Part shown: piece after piece, positions 28,599-37,893 of the stretch
How the letters are laid out: each line of letters opens with the position of its first letter
Numbering within the stretch: the first letter of the stretch is position 1
Source of the DNA: an uncultured bacterium
GTDB taxonomy: Bacteria; Hydrothermota; UBA3073; NMUJ01
Reading direction: 5' to 3'
DNA length: 64,000 nt
Assembly (NCBI GenBank): GCA_965612795.1
Contig: CBFDTI010000001.1
Location: 37,895 to 101,894, forward strand
Made by a program: the position numbers and the translations under genes
Notes under the pieces: generated by a model
The model's input: the letters and a program-made list of their open reading frames with translations, nothing else
Told to the model about the DNA's origin: nothing
The model's database searches: none

Positions 28599-29362
28599 CC
28601 TTCACGTTTGATATAAGCGTAAGCGTTGTGATTGTGAATACTTTCCAGGCTTTCAACCTCTATTTCATATCCAAGTACACGCCCGTCATTGTTTAACTTA
28701 ACTGCTACGTTACGGGCTACATCCTCAACAAATGAAGGATGTTCGTACGCCAATTCAGTGACGTACTTCTCGTCTTCACGCTTGAGTAACGCATATACAG
28801 GGGCGGATGCACAATCCTCCACCATTTTGATAAGATCTTCTATCCATAGCAACCCACGAAAGTGCACCTTCACCCTTATGTAAGTGCGTTGGTTATGTGC
28901 ACCTTTTTCTGAAATCTCCTTAGAGCATGGACATACTGTATTTACTGGTACTTCCACCCACAGGTAAAGTTTGATCCTATCTTTGAATTTACCGATAATT
29001 CCACAGTTATAACCCATCAGACTCTTAAGGTTAGATGCAGGTGCTTGCTTTTCAATAAAATATGGAAAAAACAACTCTATATGCGCAGATTCGGCATCAA
29101 ACAGCTCTTTCATACGATGTAAAATCTTCCCAATATTTTGTATCGCTATTTCACCCCTGTACTCGTTGAGTATTTCAACAAACCTACTCATATGGGTGCC
29201 ACGAAAATTATGTGGCAAATTCACGTACATGTTTACTCTTGCAATAGTGTGTTGAAATTCATGTGCTTTGTCACGCAAAAGTATAGGATACGAGAGGTTA
29301 CGTACACCTACTTTATCAATGGGTATGCATCGATCGTCATTCTCCCGTTGCACATCCTTCAT
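28595..29362 (-). CDS. folE2: GTP cyclohydrolase IB
   Basis: I.KVGV, RGTHMSRF, CPCSKEIS..GAHNQR, LKR.DE, FVED..R, ESIH.HNA. Confidence 0.95.
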   Translation of the reverse strand: MKDVQRENDDRCIPIDKVGVRNLSYPILLRDKAHEFQHTIARVNMYVNLPHNFRGTHMSRFVEILNEYRGEIAIQNIGKILHRMKELFDAESAHIELFFPYFIEKQAPASNLKSLMGYNCGIIGKFKDRIKLYLWVEVPVNTVCPCSKEISEKGAHNQRTYIRVKVHFRGLLWIEDLIKMVEDCASAPVYALLKREDEKYVTELAYEHPSFVEDVARNVAVKLNNDGRVLGYEIEVESLESIHNHNAYAYIKREG

Positions 29363-29711
29363 AGTAGCGTACCCCCTGACGTTCGTCCTCCCAAACTTCT
29401 ACATACGTCAAATTTAAATTATCCGGTATTTTACGATTCAAGTTTGTGAAAATGTATTTTGCGATATTCTCAACGGTTGGTGGGTTCATTTTAAAATAGG
29501 ATAAATCGTTCAAATACTTATGATCCAATTCTTTAAGTATTTCAGTCAACCACCCTCTTAACACGCGTAGATCGACGACCATCCCATTAGCGTCTAAATT
29601 ATCGCCCTCGACGGTCACCCACACACGAAAATTATGCCCATGTAGCTCCTCACCACAAATGCTAAGCTTATGTGCAGCAGCAAACTTATCCCCCACTATG
29701 AGTCTAAACAT
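29337..29711 (-). CDS. queD: 6-carboxy-5,6,7,8-tetrahydropterin synthase
   Basis: FAAAH.L..C..LHGHN, LDH.YLN, PT.ENIA, V.E. Confidence 0.9.
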   Translation of the reverse strand: MFRLIVGDKFAAAHKLSICGEELHGHNFRVWVTVEGDNLDANGMVVDLRVLRGWLTEILKELDHKYLNDLSYFKMNPPTVENIAKYIFTNLNRKIPDNLNLTYVEVWEDERQGVRYYEGCATGE

Positions 29712-29712
29712 A

Positions 29713-30609
29713 TCAAATCCTCAAACATATTGTGATTGTGCTTACATATCCCAAATTATAGCGCCATCCACTCAACATATAAGAAAAGGTGATAGGTATA
29801 TCCTTAGCGGTTAAGTTATAATCGAACCCCACATTCCAGACCCTTGTCCTATGTGCGATAGGTATCCCCACATTGATTTTCAAATCTGGCGTCACCTCCA
29901 TCTTCCCACTGATGATATAGAACAATCGTGTATCGCTATCTTTACGTAATTCAAGATTACCTGTAAAGTTTCTTCCTTTATAACCTAGATCTATTGCCAA
30001 CACGATAGGTAATCGCACCCTGTAGTATCTTTCCGGAGTGTAATATCCAATGGGACCCAAATTATCAACCACAAATCCAATCTCCCATCTATCCACGGGT
30101 CTATGTGTTATACCTATTCCTATCGCCCAATGCGTTATACTCGACACGTATATCTTCTCATAGATCAATTTAGGTACAATACCAACCATTGTGTTATCCC
30201 ATACATGTGTATAACCAAATGTAAGCACAACTTGATATACACCATAGTAAGCTTGTAGCCATCTTCCAGTTTCATCCCGTAACTCCATATCCGCAATACC
30301 TGTACCCAATCCACTTACTTTGTAAAGGCTACGGTTGTTCTTACGTACCCATTTAAATGCAAAGCAATCGTCTCCCATAAAGTATCGTGTGTACGAGGAA
30401 TATAACCCTTCATCGATATCTTCAGCTGGGTTAGAGTATTTGCACCACTCATAAGCTGTGGTTGGTAATTTAATAAACGCCAACCCCACATCAGGTTCAA
30501 CCCTTTGTGTCCAATTATAGATTTTATGTATTGTATCTTCTAACCAATCCCTGAAGCGATCCCATCCACTACCAGATACCAGTATCAACAGTAATAGGGT
30601 ATAACTCAT
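29713..30609 (-). CDS. PorV/PorQ-like (UPF0164) outer-membrane beta-barrel protein
   Basis: Signal peptide, NPA motif, KLIYEKI, NLGP...Y, LP.....G, amphipathic strands to the C-terminus. Confidence 0.55.
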   Translation of the reverse strand: MSYTLLLLILVSGSGWDRFRDWLEDTIHKIYNWTQRVEPDVGLAFIKLPTTAYEWCKYSNPAEDIDEGLYSSYTRYFMGDDCFAFKWVRKNNRSLYKVSGLGTGIADMELRDETGRWLQAYYGVYQVVLTFGYTHVWDNTMVGIVPKLIYEKIYVSSITHWAIGIGITHRPVDRWEIGFVVDNLGPIGYYTPERYYRVRLPIVLAIDLGYKGRNFTGNLELRKDSDTRLFYIISGKMEVTPDLKINVGIPIAHRTRVWNVGFDYNLTAKDIPITFSYMLSGWRYNLGYVSTITICLRI

Positions 30610-31586
30610 ATAAGGTTGAGTAATTTTTCGACAATTATATCGCTTGTTACACCCTCAGCTTCAGCTGCAAAGTTAAGTATAAGCCTATGCCTCAATACGG
30701 GTAGCGCCACACTTTTTACGTCATCCCATGACGGTACAGGTCGCCCTTCGAGTAACGCACGTGCTTTTGCCCCTAATATCAAGTATTGTGATGCACGTGG
30801 GCTTGCACCCCAGCTTACCCATTCTTTTATAAATTTGGGTACGCTACTGTTTTCTGATGGTCTGGTGAGATTGACAAAACGTACTACCTCTTCGATAAGC
30901 TTAGGTGCTACCGGCATGCGACGTACAATATCCATTAGTTTCAATATTTCCTCACGTGTGAGGACGGACGAAACTTCAGGTTCATACCCTATGGTTGTGG
31001 TCTCTACAATTTTGACCTCTTCCTTTTCAGTTGGATAGTATATATTCACTTGGAACATAAATCTATCTTTCTGTGCCTCTGGCAATGGATACGTACCTTC
31101 ATGTTCGATAGGGTTTTGTGTAGCTAATACAAAAAACGGGCGCGGCAAATCGTAGTCTTTACCAGCTACTGTAACTTTATACTCTTGCATCGCCTCAAGT
31201 AGTGCTGATTGTGTCTTGGGTGGTGTACGATTTATTTCATCCGCCAGTATAATGTTTGCAAAAATGGGCCCTTTCACAAACCTAAAATAGCGTTCACCCG
31301 ATGCGGTTTCCTCCAATATCTCCGTACCAGTGATATCCGACGGCATAAGATCGGGTGTAAACTGTATTCTTGAGAATGACAGCGATAGCACACGTGCTAA
31401 CGTCTTAACTATGAGAGTCTTAGCGAGCCCCGGCACCCCTACAATGAGTACGTGGCCACCTGACAACAGTGCTATCAGTATTTCTTCGATAACGCGATCT
31501 TGTCCTACTATGATTTTATGTATTTCGTTTAGTATTTTTTCTTTCGTATCGCCGATACGTTCCAATATCTCGGTATCGTTCATCAA
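30606..31586 (-). CDS. MoxR-family AAA+ ATPase
   Basis: GVPGLAKT, RIQFTPDLMPSD, LADEINRTPPKTQSALLEAMQE, ATQNPIE.EGTYPLPEAQ.DRF, GASPRA. Confidence 0.95.
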   Translation of the reverse strand: MMNDTEILERIGDTKEKILNEIHKIIVGQDRVIEEILIALLSGGHVLIVGVPGLAKTLIVKTLARVLSLSFSRIQFTPDLMPSDITGTEILEETASGERYFRFVKGPIFANIILADEINRTPPKTQSALLEAMQEYKVTVAGKDYDLPRPFFVLATQNPIEHEGTYPLPEAQKDRFMFQVNIYYPTEKEEVKIVETTTIGYEPEVSSVLTREEILKLMDIVRRMPVAPKLIEEVVRFVNLTRPSENSSVPKFIKEWVSWGASPRASQYLILGAKARALLEGRPVPSWDDVKSVALPVLRHRLILNFAAEAEGVTSDIIVEKLLNLI

Positions 31587-31924
31587 CTTACGACTTCTTC
31601 CACCAGTGCACGAAACGCATCCGGTTGATGTTCAGCCAATTCTGCCAACACTTTACGATTAAGCCCTACCCCCTTCTCTTTCAGTTTGTGTATAAACTGA
31701 CTATAAGTTATACCATATTGACGACATGCAGCGTTGATCTTCACTATTTGTAAGCGTCGCATATCGCGTTTCTTCTGTCGTCTATGAATATAGCTGTACA
31801 TAAGTGCTTTCATGGCCGCATTTTTTGCCACCCTATACAAGCGACCACGTCCGCCAACGTACCCCTTCACAAGTTTCATCCATTTCTTCTTACGCGTTTT
31901 GGGTTTAAACTTAGCTCTCGGCAT
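31583..31924 (-). CDS. rplT: 50S ribosomal protein L20
   Basis: KGY.G.R, Y..RR.KKRD.R.L.I..INAA.R, YSQFI, LNRKVLA.LA. Confidence 0.95.
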   Translation of the reverse strand: MPRAKFKPKTRKKKWMKLVKGYVGGRGRLYRVAKNAAMKALMYSYIHRRQKKRDMRRLQIVKINAACRQYGITYSQFIHKLKEKGVGLNRKVLAELAEHQPDAFRALVEEVVS

Positions 31925-31932
31925 CTTACCTC

Positions 31933-32130
31933 CTATCCATATGGCAAAAGGCGTCGTATCCGTTGCTTTTCTGCTGGACTGACCACATCTTTCTTACGTA
32001 GTGCACGTCGCCTTTTAGCTGTCTTCTTACGCATAAGGTGGCTACCACCTGCACGAAATCGCAAGATTTTACCGCTTCTCGTGATTCTAAACCTTTTCGC
32101 CACCGCTTTCTTAGTTTTAAGTTTGGGCAT
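31933..32130 (-). CDS. rpmI: 50S ribosomal protein L35
   Basis: MPKLKTKKAVAKRF..T.SGK...H...K...R.R.L...LLPY; ATG at 32130 with a GAGGTG RBS. Confidence 0.95.
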   Translation of the reverse strand: MPKLKTKKAVAKRFRITRSGKILRFRAGGSHLMRKKTAKRRRALRKKDVVSPAEKQRIRRLLPYG

Positions 32131-32137
32131 CTTCACC

Positions 32138-32680
32138 TCACTTTTTCTTAGATTTAGGTACAATCACCGCCACCATATTACGATAACTCTCCATGGCTGG
32201 CGGATGCTCCACCTTCGCAATATCAGATAATGCATCTATGAACTGTTCCAGTACCTTCCTACCATCATCCATATGTATGGCCTGTCTGCCACGAAACCTA
32301 ACCACTATTCGTACCTTGTTACCTTCTTCTAAGAATTCGCGTGCCTTACGTAGCTTTACTTCAAAATCATGATCCTCGATCTGTGGTGAAAACTTCAATT
32401 CCTTCACTTTTATTGTGGTCGATTTCTTCTCTTTTTTCTCCTTCTGATATTTATATTTTCCATAGTCCATAATTCGGCAGACTGGGGGAAACTGGTTTGG
32501 TGCTACCTCAACCAAATCGAGCCCCGCTTCTTCCGCACGTCGCAAAGCCTCTTGTATACTCACGATACCCACCAGTTTACCATTTTCATCTACCAGTTTC
32601 ACCTTACTTACTCTTATCTCTTCGTTTATTCGGGGACCTTCTTTCCTAGGCCTCGGTAGCGGTCCGCGGTAATATCCCAT
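32138..32680 (-). CDS. infC: translation initiation factor IF-3
   Basis: RINEEIR, LDLVEV.P...PPVCRIMDYGKYKY, VKE.K....I..HD, G.KV....RFRGR. Confidence 0.96.
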   Translation of the reverse strand: MGYYRGPLPRPRKEGPRINEEIRVSKVKLVDENGKLVGIVSIQEALRRAEEAGLDLVEVAPNQFPPVCRIMDYGKYKYQKEKKEKKSTTIKVKELKFSPQIEDHDFEVKLRKAREFLEEGNKVRIVVRFRGRQAIHMDDGRKVLEQFIDALSDIAKVEHPPAMESYRNMVAVIVPKSKKK

Positions 32681-34572
32681 TAGGTCAGAGGGTTCTCCTC
32701 ACTTCTCAGGAGCTCCATAAATGCATCCCATTCCATAGAACCGACGTCCCCTTCGCCACGTTTGCGAACCGCAACCTGCCCACTTTCCATCTCCTTCTTC
32801 CCTACAATCACCATATATGGTACCTTTTTCTCAGCTACCATACGCACCTTATAAGATATTTTCTCGTTACTTGTGTCAAGCTCAACTCTATAATTTAATC
32901 TCGTCAATTTCTTATAAATTTCCTGTGCATATGGAGTTGCAGCCTCAGTAATGGTGGCCACCACTATCTGTACAGGTGCTAACCAAAACGGCATCGCCCC
33001 TTTGTGATGTTCGACCAACGTACCCATAAATCGCTCCATTGCCCCCAATATTGCACGATGTATCATGATTACATGATGCGGCGTATTATCAGCTCCTATG
33101 TAAGTTACGTCAAACCTCTCAGGTAGATTAAAATCAAACTGTATCGTAGGGCCTTGCCATTTTCTACCCATTGCGTCACGCAAATGTATGTCAATTTTGG
33201 GTCCATAAAATGCAGCTTCTCCTATCATACGTTCGTAAGGTATATTAAGTTTCTTTAAGACGTTTTCAAGTGCCGCCTCTGCATGCTGCCAATCTTCATC
33301 CCTTCCTGCAAATGACTTCTTATCCGCTGGGTCCCTTACCGATAATGTAACGTCATACTCCTTGAACCCAAATTTTTCTATCATATAGCGTGCAAGTTCT
33401 ATTATTTCACAAATTTCTCTCTCTACCTGATCTGGTCGGCAGAAGATATGTGCATCATCTTGGGTAAACCCTCGCACCCTTAACAACCCATGTAATACAC
33501 CACTACGTTCATATCGGTAAACCGTACCCAACTCCGCGTACTTAATCGGTAAATCGCGATAACTGCGTACTTTCGATTTGTATATGAGAATATGGAAAGG
33601 ACAGTTCATTGGCTTTAAAACATAGTCTTCCTGTCCCATCTTAAATGTGATCATATTCTCACGATAATATTCAAAATGTCCAGATATCTGCCACAGCTCC
33701 GCCTTTGCAATGTGTGGTGTATAGACAAGTTGATATCCACGTTTGATATGCTCTTTTATCCAAAATTCTTCGATTATCCTACGTATTGTTGCACCTTTAG
33801 GGTGCCACAACACTAACCCAGGACCTGGCTCACCAATACTATAATACTCCAGCTGTGTACCTAATTTCCGGTGATCACAAGCTTCTGCCTCTTTCAACAA
33901 CTGTAGGAAATGGGCCAACCTTTCCTGGGTGGTAAACGATATTCCATAAATCCTTTGTAGACGTTCACGTGTCTCGTCACCCCGCCAGTAACTACCTGAC
34001 GTGGATAATAGTTTGAAATACTTTATCCTACCCGTAGATGGCACATGTGGTCCCCTACAAAGGTCAATAAAATCTCCCTGCTTGTAGCAACTTACTACAT
34101 CATCCGTTATCTCATCAATAAGCTCTACTTTAAACTTCTCACCCATCTCCTCAAACATCCTCCGTGCTTCATCTCGCGGTAATTCGAGCCTTTCAAACGT
34201 AAGATCTTTCGCTATAATTTCGCACATCTTAGCCTCGATTTTCTCCAAATCCTCTGGCGTAAATGGCCTATCAACTTCGAAGTCATAATAAAACCCATGC
34301 TCAATGGCTGGCCCTATTGCGAGCTTTGCGTTAGGGAATAACTCCTTAACCGCCTGTGCCATAATATGTGCGGTGGAGTGCCAATAGATTTGTTTACCAT
34401 CATCGTCATCAAATGTTATGGGTTCAATTACATCACCCTCTTGCGGTTTGTACGACAAATCTACCAGTTTACCGTTAACTCTTGCTGCAATAATTTCTGG
34501 TTCCGACAATACTGAAATTAAACGTTCACCCTCTTTTATTTCTTTCACTTCACCTTTGATTTTTACTTTCAT
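32680..34572 (-). CDS. thrS: threonine--tRNA ligase
   Basis: TGS domain, HSTAH, DLCRGPH, DHRKLG, KPMNCP.H, LLRVRGFTQDDAH, FYGPKID, IHRAILG..ERF. Confidence 0.97.
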   Translation of the reverse strand: MKVKIKGEVKEIKEGERLISVLSEPEIIAARVNGKLVDLSYKPQEGDVIEPITFDDDDGKQIYWHSTAHIMAQAVKELFPNAKLAIGPAIEHGFYYDFEVDRPFTPEDLEKIEAKMCEIIAKDLTFERLELPRDEARRMFEEMGEKFKVELIDEITDDVVSCYKQGDFIDLCRGPHVPSTGRIKYFKLLSTSGSYWRGDETRERLQRIYGISFTTQERLAHFLQLLKEAEACDHRKLGTQLEYYSIGEPGPGLVLWHPKGATIRRIIEEFWIKEHIKRGYQLVYTPHIAKAELWQISGHFEYYRENMITFKMGQEDYVLKPMNCPFHILIYKSKVRSYRDLPIKYAELGTVYRYERSGVLHGLLRVRGFTQDDAHIFCRPDQVEREICEIIELARYMIEKFGFKEYDVTLSVRDPADKKSFAGRDEDWQHAEAALENVLKKLNIPYERMIGEAAFYGPKIDIHLRDAMGRKWQGPTIQFDFNLPERFDVTYIGADNTPHHVIMIHRAILGAMERFMGTLVEHHKGAMPFWLAPVQIVVATITEAATPYAQEIYKKLTRLNYRVELDTSNEKISYKVRMVAEKKVPYMVIVGKKEMESGQVAVRKRGEGDVGSMEWDAFMELLRSEENPLT

Positions 34573-34585
34573 GGATAAAAATAAA

Positions 34586-34659
34586 TGGGCGGTACTGGAC
34601 TCGAACCAGTGACCTCCACGATGTCAACGTGGCGCTCTTACCAGCTGAGCTAACCGCCC
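34586..34659 (-). tRNA. tRNA-Val(GAC), CCA not encoded
   Basis: GGGCGGTTAGCTCAGCTGGTAAGAGCG-CCACG-TT-GAC-AT-CGTGG-AGGTC-ACTGGTTCGAGTCCAGT-ACCGCCC-A. Confidence 0.95.
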
Positions 34660-34663
34660 ATAA

Positions 34664-34735
34664 AGCGGGCAACGGGATTCGAACCCGCGACCACCGGCTT
34701 GGGAAGCCGGCACTCTACCGCTGAGTTATGCCCGC
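34664..34735 (-). tRNA. tRNA-Gly(CCC), CCA not encoded
   Basis: GCGGGCATAACTCAGCGGTAGAGTG-CCGGC-TT-CCC-AA-GCCGG-TGGTC-GCGGGTTCGAATCCCGT-TGCCCGC-T. Confidence 0.95.
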
Positions 34736-34744
34736 TTCTTTAAT

Positions 34745-34772
34745 AAAATATTAGTATCCTTGAACCCGTCAA
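34745..34772 (-). promoter_or_regulatory. putative promoter TTGACG-N16-TATTTT for tRNA-Gly/tRNA-Val-thrS-infC-rpmI-rplT
   Basis: -10 ends 9 nt before the tRNA-Gly 5' end. Confidence 0.55.
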
Positions 34773-34809
34773 GCACTTATTTTATACACTCTCAACATTC
34801 AAATTGAAG

Positions 34810-34836
34810 TTGACAACGTTTCCTTCACCCTAATTT
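34810..34836 (+). promoter_or_regulatory. putative divergent promoter TTGACA-N15-TAATTT
   Basis: Exact -35; downstream RBS AAGGAGG at 34859-34865. Confidence 0.5.
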
Positions 34837-34869
34837 TAAGGTATACTATGTTATAATAAAGGAGGAATT

Positions 34870-35046
34870 ATGGGTGACAAAAACGAGAAGGCGAAGGGAT
34901 TAGCGATTTTCTCTTTTGTGGGGTGCTTATTTATTGGGCTCGGTGTGGGATTACTATTCAAACAACCAGGTGCAGGTATACTCATAGGTATAGGCGTAGG
35001 GTTCATCTCAATGGGCGTAATAAAATTTAAGTTTGGCGTATGGTGA
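34870..35046 (+). CDS. small glycine-rich two-helix membrane protein (58 aa)
   Basis: Below the ORF-track cutoff: MGDKNEKAKGLAIFSFVGCLFIGLGVGLLFKQPGAGILIGIGVGFISMGVIKFKFGVW*; strong RBS; GxxxG/glycine-zipper helices. Confidence 0.8.
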   Translation: MGDKNEKAKGLAIFSFVGCLFIGLGVGLLFKQPGAGILIGIGVGFISMGVIKFKFGVW

Positions 35047-35056
35047 TTTCTTAATA

Positions 35057-37099
35057 ATGATGGATAAACAAGCCCTTCCTAAGCTTATCAAATCTGCCGT
35101 ACTACCGGGATGGCGTCGTGGGCTACGTGGATGGACGGTCACGGGGTTACCCAACCATAGCGAGAAAGTTCTACGTGGTGTTGATGGCTCAATAATGGCC
35201 ACCAGTTGGAGTTTTTATTTAAACTTCTGGTTATGGATAGACGACGAGCTAGTCTCACCAGAAACCCTATCTCTAAACAAAATTGAACACCATCTTGATA
35301 GTGGTCATCTACCTATATCGATATTTGAGCTCCACCATAAGGATATATTGATGCGTAACACCTTAACCGTAATCGATGGTGGTACTAACGGTATAGGTCT
35401 TATAAATGTAGATGTTGAAAACCTCTCCCCCACCAGACATAAAGTAGTATTGGGCCTAGTAGTACGTCCGTTTAGGGTTGACGAGCAGATGGGCGCTATT
35501 TCTCATCTCTTTTATGATGATCGTATGTTATCGGTCAATGATAAGTTTCATATATTCGCAGAAGGTACCCCGCAGTTTGTTGTAACTTCGTTGTTCGAAG
35601 GTAATGAACTATCACCAAAAGGTGATAATAAGGTGCCCCAATTACTAAGTGGCGCCTTGATGTACAACCTAAGGATGGCACCGGGTGCCGGCAAACACAT
35701 CAAATTTCGCTTCAACATCGACCCCATGGACCGTCGCTCTGCCGTCCCCATGTTGCATAGGTTGCCCATTTATTTACCCAGAGACAAGGTACGTACGTAC
35801 TGGAGGACACTGCTTTACAGGACACGTTGGCATATACCGGCACCGTTACCTGATGCAATCTATGCATCGCTCGCTTACATTCTTATCAACATGGCTGACG
35901 ACCAGTTACGCCCTGGACCTACGTTTTACGATTATTTCTGGTATCGTGATGCCGCATATATTGTAGCTGCCCTGTTACGCTATGGGTATGCAGATTTTGT
36001 GAAACGCACCTTGCCTGCTTTTATGGAAGGTCAATTACCTACTGGAGAGTTTCCACCTATACTGGACGACAGGTTGCGACCTGTAAAACCCATCAAACGC
36101 CTGAAGGAATGGGATTCGCAAGGTCAAGCCATCTTCGCCATCGCTGAGTACTACAGATTTACAGGTGACAAGAAAATACTCGAAACTTACTATCCACATA
36201 TCCAACGTGGCGCCGAATATATTTTAAAACAGCGTGCCCGCCGGCTTAAGGAACGTCTGCGTAACACCCCCTACTATGGGTTGTTGCCACCGTCGTGGTC
36301 GGCGGAAGACCTCGGCTCTAATAAATGGCACCATTACTGGGACGATTTCTGGTGTGTTATAGGGTTACGTGATGCTGCATTCATAAGCAGGATATTGGGC
36401 AAACAGGATGGCCACCGATACGAAACCGCTGCATCGGAGCTACTTAACTCCGTCTTTAACTCCGTACAGATGCTTATAAGACGTAAAAAAATCAAATGGA
36501 TACCGAATGGTCCAGAAGATTTGAACTCTTCATCAATGGCACGTGGTACATCACCATTATTGTGGCCTGGTATGTTGGTGGATACCTCCAACACCTTAGT
36601 ACGCGAATCGTTCGATTACTACTTCAAGAAGTGGATACAACCCTATGGTGGCGCATACTATCACCAGAAACAATTTTGGCCATATGGGTTAGAATTGGCC
36701 ATCTGCTATCTTATACTTAGGCAACCCCAGCGTGCACATATGATATTAGATTGGTACCTACATCATCAAACCGTACCCGGTACGTATGCGTGGGCTGAGG
36801 TTATTGATGATACCGGTCGTAGGGTAGCCGGTGATGCACCACACGCATGGGTGGCTGCTGATCTGCTCAATCTTTTACGAATGATGTTTGTGATGGAGCA
36901 TAATGACAAAATTGTAATATTTGCAGGTGTAAAGGATGAATGGTTAGATCAACCCATGGTGATCGAGAATCTACCCACGTATTTTGGACAAATTGATGCT
37001 ATAATCTATGAGCCTGCCACTCGCTCAATAAAAATACGGTCATCCATCCCATACGAAAGATTTGAACTGGCTAGATCCGACCTTAAGTTTATACAATAG
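35057..37099 (+). CDS. six-hairpin (alpha/alpha)6 glycoside hydrolase-like protein (GH15/GH63/GH78-related fold)
   Basis: PGP..Y..FWYRDAAY, EWDSQGQ, LLPPS.SAE, YWDDFW...GL, W.E, GD.PH.W; ATG at 35057 preferred over the TTG at 35033. Confidence 0.7.
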   Translation: MMDKQALPKLIKSAVLPGWRRGLRGWTVTGLPNHSEKVLRGVDGSIMATSWSFYLNFWLWIDDELVSPETLSLNKIEHHLDSGHLPISIFELHHKDILMRNTLTVIDGGTNGIGLINVDVENLSPTRHKVVLGLVVRPFRVDEQMGAISHLFYDDRMLSVNDKFHIFAEGTPQFVVTSLFEGNELSPKGDNKVPQLLSGALMYNLRMAPGAGKHIKFRFNIDPMDRRSAVPMLHRLPIYLPRDKVRTYWRTLLYRTRWHIPAPLPDAIYASLAYILINMADDQLRPGPTFYDYFWYRDAAYIVAALLRYGYADFVKRTLPAFMEGQLPTGEFPPILDDRLRPVKPIKRLKEWDSQGQAIFAIAEYYRFTGDKKILETYYPHIQRGAEYILKQRARRLKERLRNTPYYGLLPPSWSAEDLGSNKWHHYWDDFWCVIGLRDAAFISRILGKQDGHRYETAASELLNSVFNSVQMLIRRKKIKWIPNGPEDLNSSSMARGTSPLLWPGMLVDTSNTLVRESFDYYFKKWIQPYGGAYYHQKQFWPYGLELAICYLILRQPQRAHMILDWYLHHQTVPGTYAWAEVIDDTGRRVAGDAPHAWVAADLLNLLRMMFVMEHNDKIVIFAGVKDEWLDQPMVIENLPTYFGQIDAIIYEPATRSIKIRSSIPYERFELARSDLKFIQ

Positions 37100-37110
37100 G
37101 TTATAATATT

Positions 37111-37893
37111 GTGGATAAAAAAGCACTAATTTCAACATTACGTGAGCTCGGCATAACCCCCAGTAAACTTATGGGGCAAACTTTCCTTTTGGATGAAACA
37201 ATAGCTCAAAATATCGTCATCATCGCTGCGGTTACAAATAAGGTAGCCATTGAAGTGGGGCCAGGTCTTGGTATACTCACAAATTATTTGTTACCAAAAG
37301 TGAAGCACTTGATATTAGTTGAACGTGATCCGTTGCTCGCTGGATATCTCAAGCGCACCTTAACTGTATCTAACTACACGCTTATCACAGCTGATATATT
37401 AAAACAGCATATACCACGTCTATATAAAGAGGGTAAAGTAAAAATCGTTTCCAACTTACCTTACTCCATAATTTCGTCATTCTTACGGTGGCTCATACAT
37501 GAAAAGAACTATATTGAGGATGTTACGTTGATGTTGCCCCAAGATGTGGTGGATAAATTGCTTGCCACGCCTGGTACCAAGAAATACTCTGCGCTCACTG
37601 TAATATATGCAATTTCGACTCGTATAACACGATATTTTGTTGTACCACCGCATGTGTTCTATCCACGACCAAAAATCTTTTCAGAGGTTGTCAAGATAGA
37701 GTTCAATGAACTCGATCTACCACGAGGGTTCATAAAGTTTGTAGAACATGGGTTCACCGCACGTCGTAGGAAACTCAAAAATATTTTCACACAGTATAAA
37801 CTCGATAATTTCGGTGATAAACGGCCGGATCAACTCACCCCAGATGAATGGCTTACGATATACAACAGATTGAGTAGATATGATAACCACTAA
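37111..37893 (+). CDS. rsmA: 16S rRNA (adenine-N6)-dimethyltransferase KsgA
   Basis: P.K..GQ.FL.D, EVGPG.G.LT, V.NLPY.I, F.PRP...S, F..RR.KL.N. Confidence 0.92.
   Translation: MDKKALISTLRELGITPSKLMGQTFLLDETIAQNIVIIAAVTNKVAIEVGPGLGILTNYLLPKVKHLILVERDPLLAGYLKRTLTVSNYTLITADILKQHIPRLYKEGKVKIVSNLPYSIISSFLRWLIHEKNYIEDVTLMLPQDVVDKLLATPGTKKYSALTVIYAISTRITRYFVVPPHVFYPRPKIFSEVVKIEFNELDLPRGFIKFVEHGFTARRRKLKNIFTQYKLDNFGDKRPDQLTPDEWLTIYNRLSRYDNH

Noticed and set aside
34586..34870. tRNA genes as an integration site for a genomic island
   Set aside because: No integrase, no duplicated tRNA 3' end seen, and the flanks are housekeeping genes
34740..37120. Possible replication origin at the switch from minus- to plus-strand genes, with a perfect DnaA box (TGTGGATAA, 37110-37118)
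   Set aside because: Only one perfect box, overlapping the rsmA start codon; no box cluster, unwinding element or dnaA/dnaN nearby; skew not computed
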